From positions 1 to 33,806 of the forward strand of contig CAIVTL010000278.1 in NCBI GenBank assembly GCA_903908785.1: a DNA stretch of 33,806 nucleotides, given 5' to 3'. The notes under the pieces are model-generated. The model saw only the letters and a list, made by a program, of their open reading frames with translations, was not told the DNA's origin and searched no databases. Numbering within the stretch: the first letter of the stretch is position 1; every line of letters starts with the position of its first letter. Position numbers and translations under genes: made by a program. This document shows, in pieces, positions 15,574-23,310 of the stretch. Source of the DNA: a candidate division WOR-3 bacterium. GTDB lineage: Bacteria > Hydrothermota > Tepidihabitantia > Tepidihabitantales > Tepidihabitantaceae.

Positions 15574-15627
15574 GGCAAAGTCAGAGGCTAGAGGCTAGAG
15601 TGCAGAAGCTAGAACTGAGACTGGAAG
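15574..15627. repeat. STR block, about 7 x 7 bp (GGCAAAG TCAGAGG CTAGAGG CTAGAGT GCAGAAG CTAGAAC TGAGACT...)
   Basis: Same unit family as 1453-1494. Intergenic, just after the terminator. Confidence 0.85.
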
Positions 15628-15643
15628 TGCCCAAGTGTTCGAC

Positions 15644-15676
15644 GTTTAGGGTTTAGAGTTTGGGGTTTAGAGTTTG
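15644..15676. repeat. STR block (GTTTAGG GTTTAGAG TTTGGGG TTTAGAG TTTG)
   Basis: T/G-rich heptamers. Roughly the reverse-complement flavour of the CCCAAAA block at 27865. Confidence 0.8.
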
Positions 15677-15680
15677 TCCC

Positions 15681-15709
15681 TTGCTCTTGCGCCTGTGCTG
15701 CCGTAAACT
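15681..15709 (+). promoter_or_regulatory. Sigma70-like promoter (TTGCTC-17-TAAACT), 5 nt upstream of GTG-15715 (leaderless arrangement)
   Basis: Read directly from the sequence. No SD sequence lies between the -10 box and the start codon. Confidence 0.4.
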
Positions 15710-15714
15710 GGGAC

Positions 15715-16596
15715 GTGGCGGAAGCGATAGTCACCCTGAGGCCCGTGCTGCAGCTCGCGCTGCTCGTGGCGGTAATCTGGTTTGCGGCCCGGGTTCTGCG
15801 CTGGTTGCTGCTGGGCCGGGTCGGCCAGTTCGGCAAGCTGCTGATTTTCGGCGGGCTGGTTGGCGTCTATGCGCTGACAGTGGTGCTGACGGCGACGGGC
15901 GGACAGACGCCGTGGGCGCCGGTCATGTTCCTGCTGCTGCAGTTCTCGCCGATGAAGGCGCTGATAGTGGTGGTTTCCGTGCTGATGGTCTGGCTGATTG
16001 CCCGCGAGTCATTCATGCCGATGCCGCACCAGCTTGGATTCCTGCTTGATAGCCCGGTTCGGCGGCTGCTTGCCCCGGCTGACGCGGTCTTTCACCGGAT
16101 GGCGCTCGGGCCGGGCATGCGCGTGGTCGAAGTCGGGTGCGGAACCGGGCATCTTTCCGGCGACGTGGCGCGCAGAATCGAGCCGGGCGGCATACTCTTC
16201 TGCGTTGACATCCGGCCGGTGATGGTTGACAAGACCCTGGAACGAGTCGAGAAACAGGGCCTGCACAACGTCCTCGGCTTTGCCGTCCCGGCCGACAAGC
16301 TGCCGCTCGACATCTACGACATTGACCTCGTGTTCCTCGTGCACGTGCTGGGCGAGATTTCGGGCCGGCTGCCCGCCCTGCGTGAGGCGTTGCGGGTCCT
16401 GCGACCCGGCGGCGCGCTCTCCGTCACCGAGGCCATGATTGACCCGCACTACCGATTCCGCAACGACGTTGTGAAACTCTGCCGGCAGGCCGGGTTCGAG
16501 CCGGTCTCAATCGAAGGCAGCCTGTTCTACTATACGGCCACGTTCCGCAAGCCGCAGGCCAAGGAACCGCTCGGCTATGCTCCGCGGTTCGACTGA
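15715..16596 (+). CDS. Class I SAM-dependent methyltransferase with N-terminal 3-TM anchor
   Basis: VVEVGCGTGHL (motif I), LFCVDI and LRPGGALSV (post-I/II motifs). The hydrophobic N-terminus spans about 100 aa. Confidence 0.7.
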   Translation: MAEAIVTLRPVLQLALLVAVIWFAARVLRWLLLGRVGQFGKLLIFGGLVGVYALTVVLTATGGQTPWAPVMFLLLQFSPMKALIVVVSVLMVWLIARESFMPMPHQLGFLLDSPVRRLLAPADAVFHRMALGPGMRVVEVGCGTGHLSGDVARRIEPGGILFCVDIRPVMVDKTLERVEKQGLHNVLGFAVPADKLPLDIYDIDLVFLVHVLGEISGRLPALREALRVLRPGGALSVTEAMIDPHYRFRNDVVKLCRQAGFEPVSIEGSLFYYTATFRKPQAKEPLGYAPRFD

Positions 16597-16602
16597 CGGG
16601 CG

Positions 16603-17556
16603 ATGATGCGAGCGACTAACCACAGATGGACACTGATGCGCTGTCGGACAGGGGCCGCAGCGGCCAACACAGATGGTTCTCCCGGGGACATCTGCCCGGT
16701 TATCCGTGTTTATCGGTGGTTCACCCTGTCCGTTTCGTGTCTTCGTGGCGTCCATGTCGGTCTTTGGGTCGCGTTGGCAGCAGCCTGCACGTTCGGGGCC
16801 GAGGCGCGGGTGAAGGTGCGCGTGCGCGACGGCGACACCGGGCAGTGGCTCGCGAACGCCAAGGTTAAAGCCGGGGAGCGAGTCTTCTTTACCGACAGCC
16901 TCGGCGAGTGCATCATACCGGCACTCGCGGGCCAGCGTCTTCTCCTGACGACCTCGATTGGAAACGGCTATCCCGCCACCGACTCGGTGCTTGCCACTGT
17001 CCCGGACGCGAGGCTGGTGGTCAAGCTGTATGGCAGGCAGCCGCGCACCGCGATAGGATTCGTCAGGGACGGCAGCACCGGCAAGCCGCTGGCAAGGGCT
17101 TTGGTCAGAATCGAGGGCGCCGCGGCGACAGCAAAGGCCGACTCGGCGGGCATGTACGTCATTCCCTTTCCACCGGGCGACCGTGAACTCATTGCCGCGC
17201 TTCCGGGCTTTCGCGGATTCCCGAGGAACCTGTCGGTCAAGGCCGGGGACACGCTCGCGGTTGACCTGCCGCTGTACGATACTTCGCTCGCGGTCGGCGA
17301 GATTGCGGGTCGGGTGGAGGTGCAGGGCCTGGGCGCGGCCTGCGGGGCGAATGTAACGGTCGAAGGCACGCGGCTCGGCACCGCCTCGGACCAGAACGGC
17401 GACTACATCATCACCGGCGTGCCGGCCGGCTCATACCGCGTCGTGTTCTCCTACGCGGGGTGCAAGAAGGCGATGAAGGTCGTGAGCGTCATGGCATGGG
17501 AATCGCTAGTCCTGAATGTCCAGCTTGAGCAGCGCCTGCCGACGACCAAACGCTGA
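16603..17556 (+). CDS. Carboxypeptidase-regulatory-like (CarboxypepD_reg) repeat protein
   Basis: Three repeats of the type G.V.D..TG.PL..A.V...G....TD..G.Y.I..L..G.Y, for example GRVEVQG...VTVEGTRLGTASDQNGDYIITGVPAGSYRVVF. The N-terminal 40 codons, including all ATG starts, lie inside the 107-bp mosaic element, so the start is uncertain. Confidence 0.6.
   Translation: MMRATNHRWTLMRCRTGAAAANTDGSPGDICPVIRVYRWFTLSVSCLRGVHVGLWVALAAACTFGAEARVKVRVRDGDTGQWLANAKVKAGERVFFTDSLGECIIPALAGQRLLLTTSIGNGYPATDSVLATVPDARLVVKLYGRQPRTAIGFVRDGSTGKPLARALVRIEGAAATAKADSAGMYVIPFPPGDRELIAALPGFRGFPRNLSVKAGDTLAVDLPLYDTSLAVGEIAGRVEVQGLGAACGANVTVEGTRLGTASDQNGDYIITGVPAGSYRVVFSYAGCKKAMKVVSVMAWESLVLNVQLEQRLPTTKR
16617..16723. 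repeat. 107-bp mosaic palindromic element, copy 1
   Basis: Ends TAACCACAGAT...ATCGGTGGTTCA form an imperfect terminal inverted repeat. Internal palindromes CTGTCGGACAG and GGCCGCAGCGGCC. It shares all modules with 27903-28009. Confidence 0.85.
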
Positions 17557-17702
17557 CGCTACCCGCGGCGCGCGCTCAAGCCGCGAAAGCTCGACGCAAA
17601 ATTCCTCTGGAAACTCGCCGGAATGTTACTTCCAACGCGTTCTAGATTAGAAGTTCAAGAGTGTGCTCAAGTGTGTAGACAAATGGACCGGCAAATGTAT
17701 GT

Positions 17703-17880
17703 TCAAGATGGTACGTCATCGGTTCGCGACAAGGACGCGTGCTTGCTCGCGTCGAAGTTTGCGGCGTCGTTCGGTTCGAAGTTCGTGGAAATGTTCTCCT
17801 CGATGCTCTTCGCAAAATATGCTAAGAAGTCTCGTTCAAGGTCTGTTTGGCAGGCATGTCGAAACCAGCCTAGGGAGTAG
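17703..17880 (-). pseudogene. Possible gene remnant in a low-GC spacer
   Basis: The minus-strand frame reads ...QTDLERDFLAYFAKSIEENISTNFEPNDAANFDASKHASLSRTDDVPS*. The composition is protein-like, but no start codon lies between the neighbouring gene end and this stretch. Local GC is visibly lower than the surroundings. Confidence 0.2.
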
Positions 17881-17935
17881 GGGAGGGTAGAAGGCGGGAA
17901 TTGTGAATAGTGAATTGAGAATAGGGGAGTTAGGA
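17871..17935. repeat. STR block, about 9 x 7 bp (TAGGGAG TAGGGGA GGGTAGA ... AATTGTG AATAGTG AATTGAG AATAGGG)
   Basis: Intergenic, in the low-GC spacer. Confidence 0.75.
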
Positions 17936-17956
17936 CACTCCTCGGCAGGCGAAGGA

Positions 17957-17976
17957 ATATGTAGTATACTACATAT
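17957..17976. repeat. Perfect 20-bp palindrome ATATGTAGTATACTACATAT
   Basis: Read directly. AT-rich, about 34 nt beyond the 3' end (plus-strand nt 18010) of the minus-strand gene. Confidence 0.9.
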
Positions 17977-18009
17977 ACGGAGGCCGGGAATGAGCCGCGA
18001 ATTCCGCGC

Positions 18010-19812
18010 TTACCGCTGCTGCCTTCCGGCCCAGCCGGACCGGGCGTTGTCGTGGTTGTAGGTTGGCCAGGCGGTGTTGGCCAAGTGCGCCTTGCCGATG
18101 GCCACGCAGTAGACGGAGAAGAAACCGGCCAGGTAGACGTTCCCGTCAGGCCCGACCAGCGGAGTCGTGTCGTCGTCCCCTTCGTCTCTGGGCGCGCGGC
18201 CGCGCGGCGTCTCCCCGACGGAGTCTTCGATGCTGAACGTCCAAAGAACGTCGCCATTCCACGAGAAACAGGTGAGCTCGTCGACCTCACTGCAATAGGT
18301 CAGCACCGTGCTGTCGGACAGAGCACACGGCGATGACATGCTGGCATTGCCATAGGGAATCCCTGCTGCCCAGACCCAGTGTCCGTCGGAATCATAGCAG
18401 TAAAGCCGTCCGTCGTCAGACTGGAAGTAGACACGGTCGTCATATCCGACCGTGACCCCGCCTTGGTACATCAAGACCGAGACGGACGCGCTCCACGCTA
18501 ACGTCCCATCCTGGTTGAAGCAGAGCAAGTGGCCGTCGTTGTCCGCGATTATCACGCGGCCGCGACTGTCTATGACAGGTGCGTAAAGCCAATCAGTACG
18601 TCCTATGTGAGTCGTGTCCTGCCATAGCACGGTGCCGTTGGTGTCCAACGCCGTGATGCCAGCCCGTGACGTGTAGCCCTTGGTGCAGCCAGCGTAGATG
18701 GTGCCGTTTGCACCGACAGCCACGCCGTATCCAGGTTCTGATGGCACGAGCGACAGTGGCACGCGCCATTGGATGTGCGCGGAATCGCCGCAGTCCTGCA
18801 ACTTGAGTACGAACGTCGTGTCCTGAGTGAAATAGGGCGTCGCCACGTACAGCGCACCATCGGGCCCGATCGTCGGTGTGCAATTACAGACTCGCAGTTT
18901 GATGCTCCAGACCCGGCTACCGGTCCGCGTGTCGAGACAGTAGATTTGACCGCTGTCGTCCGTCACTTGGTACAGTCTGCTGCCATCGATACCGAGGCTT
19001 GGTCCAAAGAAGATGGCTTGATTCGACTCCGAAGTCCATCGGGACATGCCGTTCGTCCAGATGCAGGCTGTACGGTCGTATGCACCCAAGTAGAGGACAC
19101 GCTCGCCGTCCAACTCGCCCATCGCCGGCGAGCCGGTGGAGCCGAGTTCCTCCGAATCCGGCGTGTACCACAACACGGCGACCGGGCTGACGTTGACGAA
19201 CTTCGCACCGGCGATTGGGTTAACCATGCTGCCCTTGTCCTTCAGTAGGACGTGGATGACATGGCGGCCGGTGGTTTGCCACTTCACGGAGTCTGTTACC
19301 GTGCTGCCGCTGGCGACGAACGGGGACCAACCCGAGGTCATGCTGTCGCCCCATATGAACTTCACGCTCACGCTGTCGCCGTCCGGGTCCATAACCGTAA
19401 CTGAAGGCCGATACCAACGGTCAACTGCCCAGCGCGCGAAGCCCGTGACCGTGTCCGCCAGTTGCGGCGGCGTTGAGGCGTGGAACAGGCATTCGTCCGA
19501 CCATTTGGAGACGCGGCCGGCTTCGTTGCGGGCCTTGACTCTGATGTGAAAGGTGCCGGTATCAGGGAAGGAACGAGGATAGCAGGCAGTGTCGCCGCTC
19601 GCGAAGTAGCCGGTCGTTGTCGAGTCGCCGTTGCCCCAGTCGAAGATGTACTGCACCTTCAGGCCGTTCGGGTCGGTCGCGGCGGTGAAGAAGCAGAGCG
19701 AGTCGTCGAGGATATCGGCCCAGGGCGCAGCCGGCGTCAGCGGAGCCTTCTTTGCACAGCCGACGAGAGCGACCAGCGCGCCGGTCAGAATCAGGAGCGC
19801 GTATTTGGACAC
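18010..19812 (-). CDS. PKD-like + PQQ/BamB-like beta-propeller lipoprotein (paralog 1)
   Basis: GGGGAGG RBS and a GTG start. Signal peptide with lipobox LVGC. Two PKD-like modules (YIFDWGNGDSTT, DPDGDSVSVKFIWGD). Repeated 'DG.L.W' propeller blades. C-terminus WPTYNHDNARSGWAGRQQR. Confidence 0.75.
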   Translation of the reverse strand: MSKYALLILTGALVALVGCAKKAPLTPAAPWADILDDSLCFFTAATDPNGLKVQYIFDWGNGDSTTTGYFASGDTACYPRSFPDTGTFHIRVKARNEAGRVSKWSDECLFHASTPPQLADTVTGFARWAVDRWYRPSVTVMDPDGDSVSVKFIWGDSMTSGWSPFVASGSTVTDSVKWQTTGRHVIHVLLKDKGSMVNPIAGAKFVNVSPVAVLWYTPDSEELGSTGSPAMGELDGERVLYLGAYDRTACIWTNGMSRWTSESNQAIFFGPSLGIDGSRLYQVTDDSGQIYCLDTRTGSRVWSIKLRVCNCTPTIGPDGALYVATPYFTQDTTFVLKLQDCGDSAHIQWRVPLSLVPSEPGYGVAVGANGTIYAGCTKGYTSRAGITALDTNGTVLWQDTTHIGRTDWLYAPVIDSRGRVIIADNDGHLLCFNQDGTLAWSASVSVLMYQGGVTVGYDDRVYFQSDDGRLYCYDSDGHWVWAAGIPYGNASMSSPCALSDSTVLTYCSEVDELTCFSWNGDVLWTFSIEDSVGETPRGRAPRDEGDDDTTPLVGPDGNVYLAGFFSVYCVAIGKAHLANTAWPTYNHDNARSGWAGRQQR

Positions 19813-19824
19813 GGTTTCCTCCCC

Positions 19825-21546
19825 TTAGTGTCTTCCCGCCCAGCCGGAGTGGGCATTGTCGTGGTTGTAAGTCGGCCAGGCGGTCGGGGCGAGACCAGAA
19901 TTGCCAATGGTCAGGCAGCAGAGCCCATAGTCGTAGCACAGGTAGACGTTCCCATCCGGAGCGACGGCCGGCGTCGGTGCTTCGTCGCCTTCGTCATGCC
20001 CGCCTTGCCTGCGGCCGGCAGTTTCCAGCGAATCCCAGATGGAGAATTCCCATGCGACCAGCCCATTCCAGCCGACGCAGGTTATGTAGTCTTCACTGTT
20101 GATGGACAGCACCGAGCTGTCTGCCAGCACGCAGAGGTTGTCCTCGTAGCCAGGGAAATTCTCCGTCTGGACATCCCAGACGAATCGGCCGTCGGAGTCG
20201 AGGCAGTACAGCGAATAGTCGGATTCGCTCTGGATGTAGATTCGGTCGTCATAGCCGACCGAGATGCCTCCACCGTACAGCAGCGTGGCTTCGGCTGCCC
20301 AGGCCAGCGAACCATCCGGGTTGATGCAGACCAGCGAGTCCATGGCGCTGGCGACAATCAGCCTCTCCCGGCTGTCGAGCGCCGGACAAGACCGGTAGCC
20401 GCCGCCTTTATTCATGTGGCTCGTATCCTGCCAGAACAGCGCCCCGGCAGTGTCCAACGCGAACGCCCCTGCATCGCGTCGGCCCTCGCCTCCGTAGTTG
20501 ACGCCGTAGACAGTGCCGGCCGCGCCCAGCACGACACTGGTGCAGGAACCGCGCCCTGCGTGGTATGTCCACTCCACGCGCGCCGAGTCTCCCAGGTCTC
20601 GAACTCGGGTCAGGTCGCCTTCCCGGGTGACATATACCTGGCCGAACGGGCCGAGGACGGGCGTACAGTCGCCCGGTTGCTGGTCCAGGCGCCAGATGAC
20701 TGCGCCGGTCCCAACATCGAAGCATGTCAGCCCGCGGTTGTCGTCCGCGACGTACAGGCGCGAGCCGTCGGCGCTGACCGACGGCGCAAAGCGCGCGGAC
20801 ATCGGGTCGAGCGGGAGTTTCCAGCGCGTGGTTCCGTCCGCATTGACGCACCAGACATAGTCGTAGTACACACCGCAGACCACGAGATGGCCGTCGGCTG
20901 TGCCGAGCACCGGCGAGCACTCGCTTTCGACCTCCGAGTTGGTCCACAGCACGGCCATCGGGCTTACGGTTACGGTCTTGCGGAGGTCCGGGCAGGCAAC
21001 CATCGAACCCCGGTCCTTGACCACGACCCTTACTGACTGTGGCCCGGTTACCGTCCACTTGCATGAGTCGGTGACGGTCGTACCGGTGGGTACAAAGGGG
21101 GTCCAGGTTGCGCCGGGCAGGTCGCCCCAGATGAACTTCACGCTCACACTGTCGCCGTCCGGGTCCGTGACCCTGACCGATGCGCGGTACCAGCGGTCAA
21201 CGGCCCAGCGCTCCGGGCCGGCGATACTGTCCTCGGCCGTCGGTGGTTGAGAGGAGCGAAACGACAACGGCGCCGACCAGGAGGAATAGAAGCCCTTGTC
21301 GTTGATGGCTATGGCCCTTACCGAGTGAATCCCGGTCACGGCGAACGCGTGCGTGCCGTAGATGGTTTCGCCGCTCGGGACGGCGGATGTCGTCGTCCTG
21401 CTCCCGTCACCCCAGTCGAACACGTATTTCACCTTTAGGCCGTTGGGGTCGGTCGTCGTGGTGAAGAAGCAGAGCGAATCGCCGTATACGTCGGCCCAGG
21501 GCTGAACCGGCGTGAGCGGATACCGCTTGGAACAGCCGGCGAACAC
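19825..21546 (-). CDS. PKD-like + beta-propeller lipoprotein (paralog 2); true start probably upstream at about 21585
   Basis: Same architecture as paralog 1, with stretches nearly identical at the nucleotide level (19355-19390 vs 21131-21166). The GTG-21546 model starts at MFAGC, in the middle of a lipobox. The signal peptide IKYLVPFTLALLAVFAGC is encoded upstream in frame, after AAGGAGG. Confidence 0.7.
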   Translation of the reverse strand: MFAGCSKRYPLTPVQPWADVYGDSLCFFTTTTDPNGLKVKYVFDWGDGSRTTTSAVPSGETIYGTHAFAVTGIHSVRAIAINDKGFYSSWSAPLSFRSSQPPTAEDSIAGPERWAVDRWYRASVRVTDPDGDSVSVKFIWGDLPGATWTPFVPTGTTVTDSCKWTVTGPQSVRVVVKDRGSMVACPDLRKTVTVSPMAVLWTNSEVESECSPVLGTADGHLVVCGVYYDYVWCVNADGTTRWKLPLDPMSARFAPSVSADGSRLYVADDNRGLTCFDVGTGAVIWRLDQQPGDCTPVLGPFGQVYVTREGDLTRVRDLGDSARVEWTYHAGRGSCTSVVLGAAGTVYGVNYGGEGRRDAGAFALDTAGALFWQDTSHMNKGGGYRSCPALDSRERLIVASAMDSLVCINPDGSLAWAAEATLLYGGGISVGYDDRIYIQSESDYSLYCLDSDGRFVWDVQTENFPGYEDNLCVLADSSVLSINSEDYITCVGWNGLVAWEFSIWDSLETAGRRQGGHDEGDEAPTPAVAPDGNVYLCYDYGLCCLTIGNSGLAPTAWPTYNHDNAHSGWAGRH

Positions 21547-21623
21547 GGCGAGCAGGGCGAGCGTGAACGGAACCAGATACTTTATCGCGGCCTCCTTGGT
21601 GACCAGGGTATCATCTATGCAAG

Positions 21624-21652
21624 GTTCTAACTGAAACAGGGGAAGAAGTCAA
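21624..21652 (-). promoter_or_regulatory. Weak sigma70-like promoter on the minus strand (TTGACT-17-TAGAAC) for paralog 2/1
   Basis: Located in the divergent intergenic region 21547-21744. The -10 box lacks the final T. Confidence 0.25.
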
Positions 21653-21668
21653 GGGAGACAGCCGCCGC

Positions 21669-21697
21669 TTGACATCCGTGCCGGGCTGCCGCATTAT
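21669..21697 (+). promoter_or_regulatory. Sigma70-like promoter (TTGACA-17-CATTAT) for paralogs 3-5
   Basis: Consensus -35 box, about 47 nt upstream of ATG-21745. Confidence 0.45.
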
Positions 21698-21744
21698 GTT
21701 CTAGCGGCCAGGGGTATTCTCCGGCCGCAGATTGCGAGGCGAAC

Positions 21745-23304
21745 ATGAAGTCACGATTCGTTGTCCTCATCGTTCTGGCAGCGGCTTTGCTGCTCTCCAC
21801 CGGCGCGGGCTGCGGCAGGAAGCAGTATGCGCCGGTAGTGGACTCGGCCGTGGTCGCGCCGTATTACCCCGACTTTGACAGCGCAAGGCTTACCGTGTGC
21901 GCGCACGACCCGGACGGCGACAGCATTCGGCTGCGCGTCGAGTGGGGTGACAACAGCGACACACTCACGGCTCTCTACGCCAGTCCGTGCCGCGCCGAAT
22001 TGAAGCACGGGTATTCGGATGCAAGTCGGGCCACGGTGATTGTTGCGGCCCTCGACATGAACAACGTCTCCATTCCGGAAACGACGACCGTGCCGGTCGA
22101 GCCGTTTGGCATAGTACAGTGGTGGTGGAAGAGCACTGACCCCAACAACGGGGACGTGGGGTTCATCACGTCGCCGGTCGTAGCCAGTGACGGCATCGTC
22201 GAGCGCGTGTATGCCGGCTGTGATGACTACAAGTTCTACTCCAGCCGGACCAGTGACCGCAGGGGCGAGAAGAGCGCAACCACCAAAGAGCCCGAGTGTC
22301 TATTCAACGGCCATCCCGGCCTCTGCGCCGCCACCGGCCATATCATCGTCGGCAGCGAAGAAGGTGAGCTTTATGCCCTGGAAATCGACGGACTGGCTAA
22401 GGCATGGCAGTGGCCGGATAGCGCCTCGGAGCACGGGACCGGCCTCCAGTGGGGTGCGCCGGCGTTCAACGGTAACAGGATCTACATCGGCCACGAAGGC
22501 CCCCAGGGCTACGACAGCCTGCTCCTGTTTGAGGATGCCGGTGCGCAGGGTAACCGGGTTGCCGCCTATAGCGTCCACGCCGTGGTGATTGACGCGCCGG
22601 TAATCGACGCCGCCGGCAACGTCATCTTCGGCAACGACTCCGGCTACCTCATCAAGATTGACGCCAACCTCAATTCGCCCATCTGGCGCTCCAAACTGCT
22701 GCCTAACGGCGAGGTCCACGGCCCGATTATCGGCGGCGACGGGACCATCTATTGCGCCTCCGATTACTTCCATCTCTTTGCGATTGACCCGGCGACCGGC
22801 ACCGTGAAATCGGGCTGGCCACTGACGCTGAACGGCGACGTGTTTCGACCGGTACTTGGCCAGTCGGCCATCTTCGCCGGCAGCGGCTTCGGCGAGGTTT
22901 ATTCCATCAATCCGGCAACCGGCGGCATCAACTGGACGGACCTGCTCAGTCCGTACCACGGGTTCAGCACTGCCCCAGTCGTCGCGGCCAATGGCTACGT
23001 GTACTTCCAGGACGACGCCGATGTGCTCTACTGTGTGAACCAGGCCGACGGCACGCTCATCTGGTCCTGCAACTGCCCGCTCTACCTCCCACGCGCCGGC
23101 GACTCACACCGACCGAGGAGGACGGGGCTGACCGACTACCGCCCGAACCTGTCAATCTGCGCCAACGGTAACATCATCGTTATAGGCGCTGACGCCTGCT
23201 ACTGCGTCGCCGGCTATCCCGAAGGTCCGCTCGACCCGCTCGCGTCCTGGCCCAAGTGGCAGCACGACTTGTACAACACCGGCAACGTGGACGGAGGAAG
23301 GTAG
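21745..23304 (+). CDS. PKD-like + beta-propeller lipoprotein (paralog 3)
   Basis: Signal peptide ending in ...STGAGC. Has DPDGDSIRLRVEWGDNSD. Propeller repeats (ADGTLIWS etc.). C-terminus WPKWQHDLYNTGNVDGGR. Confidence 0.75.
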   Translation: MKSRFVVLIVLAAALLLSTGAGCGRKQYAPVVDSAVVAPYYPDFDSARLTVCAHDPDGDSIRLRVEWGDNSDTLTALYASPCRAELKHGYSDASRATVIVAALDMNNVSIPETTTVPVEPFGIVQWWWKSTDPNNGDVGFITSPVVASDGIVERVYAGCDDYKFYSSRTSDRRGEKSATTKEPECLFNGHPGLCAATGHIIVGSEEGELYALEIDGLAKAWQWPDSASEHGTGLQWGAPAFNGNRIYIGHEGPQGYDSLLLFEDAGAQGNRVAAYSVHAVVIDAPVIDAAGNVIFGNDSGYLIKIDANLNSPIWRSKLLPNGEVHGPIIGGDGTIYCASDYFHLFAIDPATGTVKSGWPLTLNGDVFRPVLGQSAIFAGSGFGEVYSINPATGGINWTDLLSPYHGFSTAPVVAANGYVYFQDDADVLYCVNQADGTLIWSCNCPLYLPRAGDSHRPRRTGLTDYRPNLSICANGNIIVIGADACYCVAGYPEGPLDPLASWPKWQHDLYNTGNVDGGR

Positions 23305-23310
23305 GCGAAG

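Noticed and set aside
15644-15676. Telomere-like heptamers: TTTAGGG/TTTGGGG here and CCCAAAA x3 at 27865-27899.
   Set aside because: They are internal, very short and flanked by ordinary bacterial operons. They are just two of many unit variants of the same STR family. The resemblance to eukaryotic telomere units is taken to be coincidental.
17623-17890. Plus-strand ORFs 17623-17880 and 17663-17890 as small genes.
   Set aside because: There is no RBS. The composition is odd (Cys/Arg/Ser-rich), and the two ORFs overlap each other in different frames. The opposite-strand frame looks more protein-like, but it too lacks a start. The region is treated as non-coding or a remnant.
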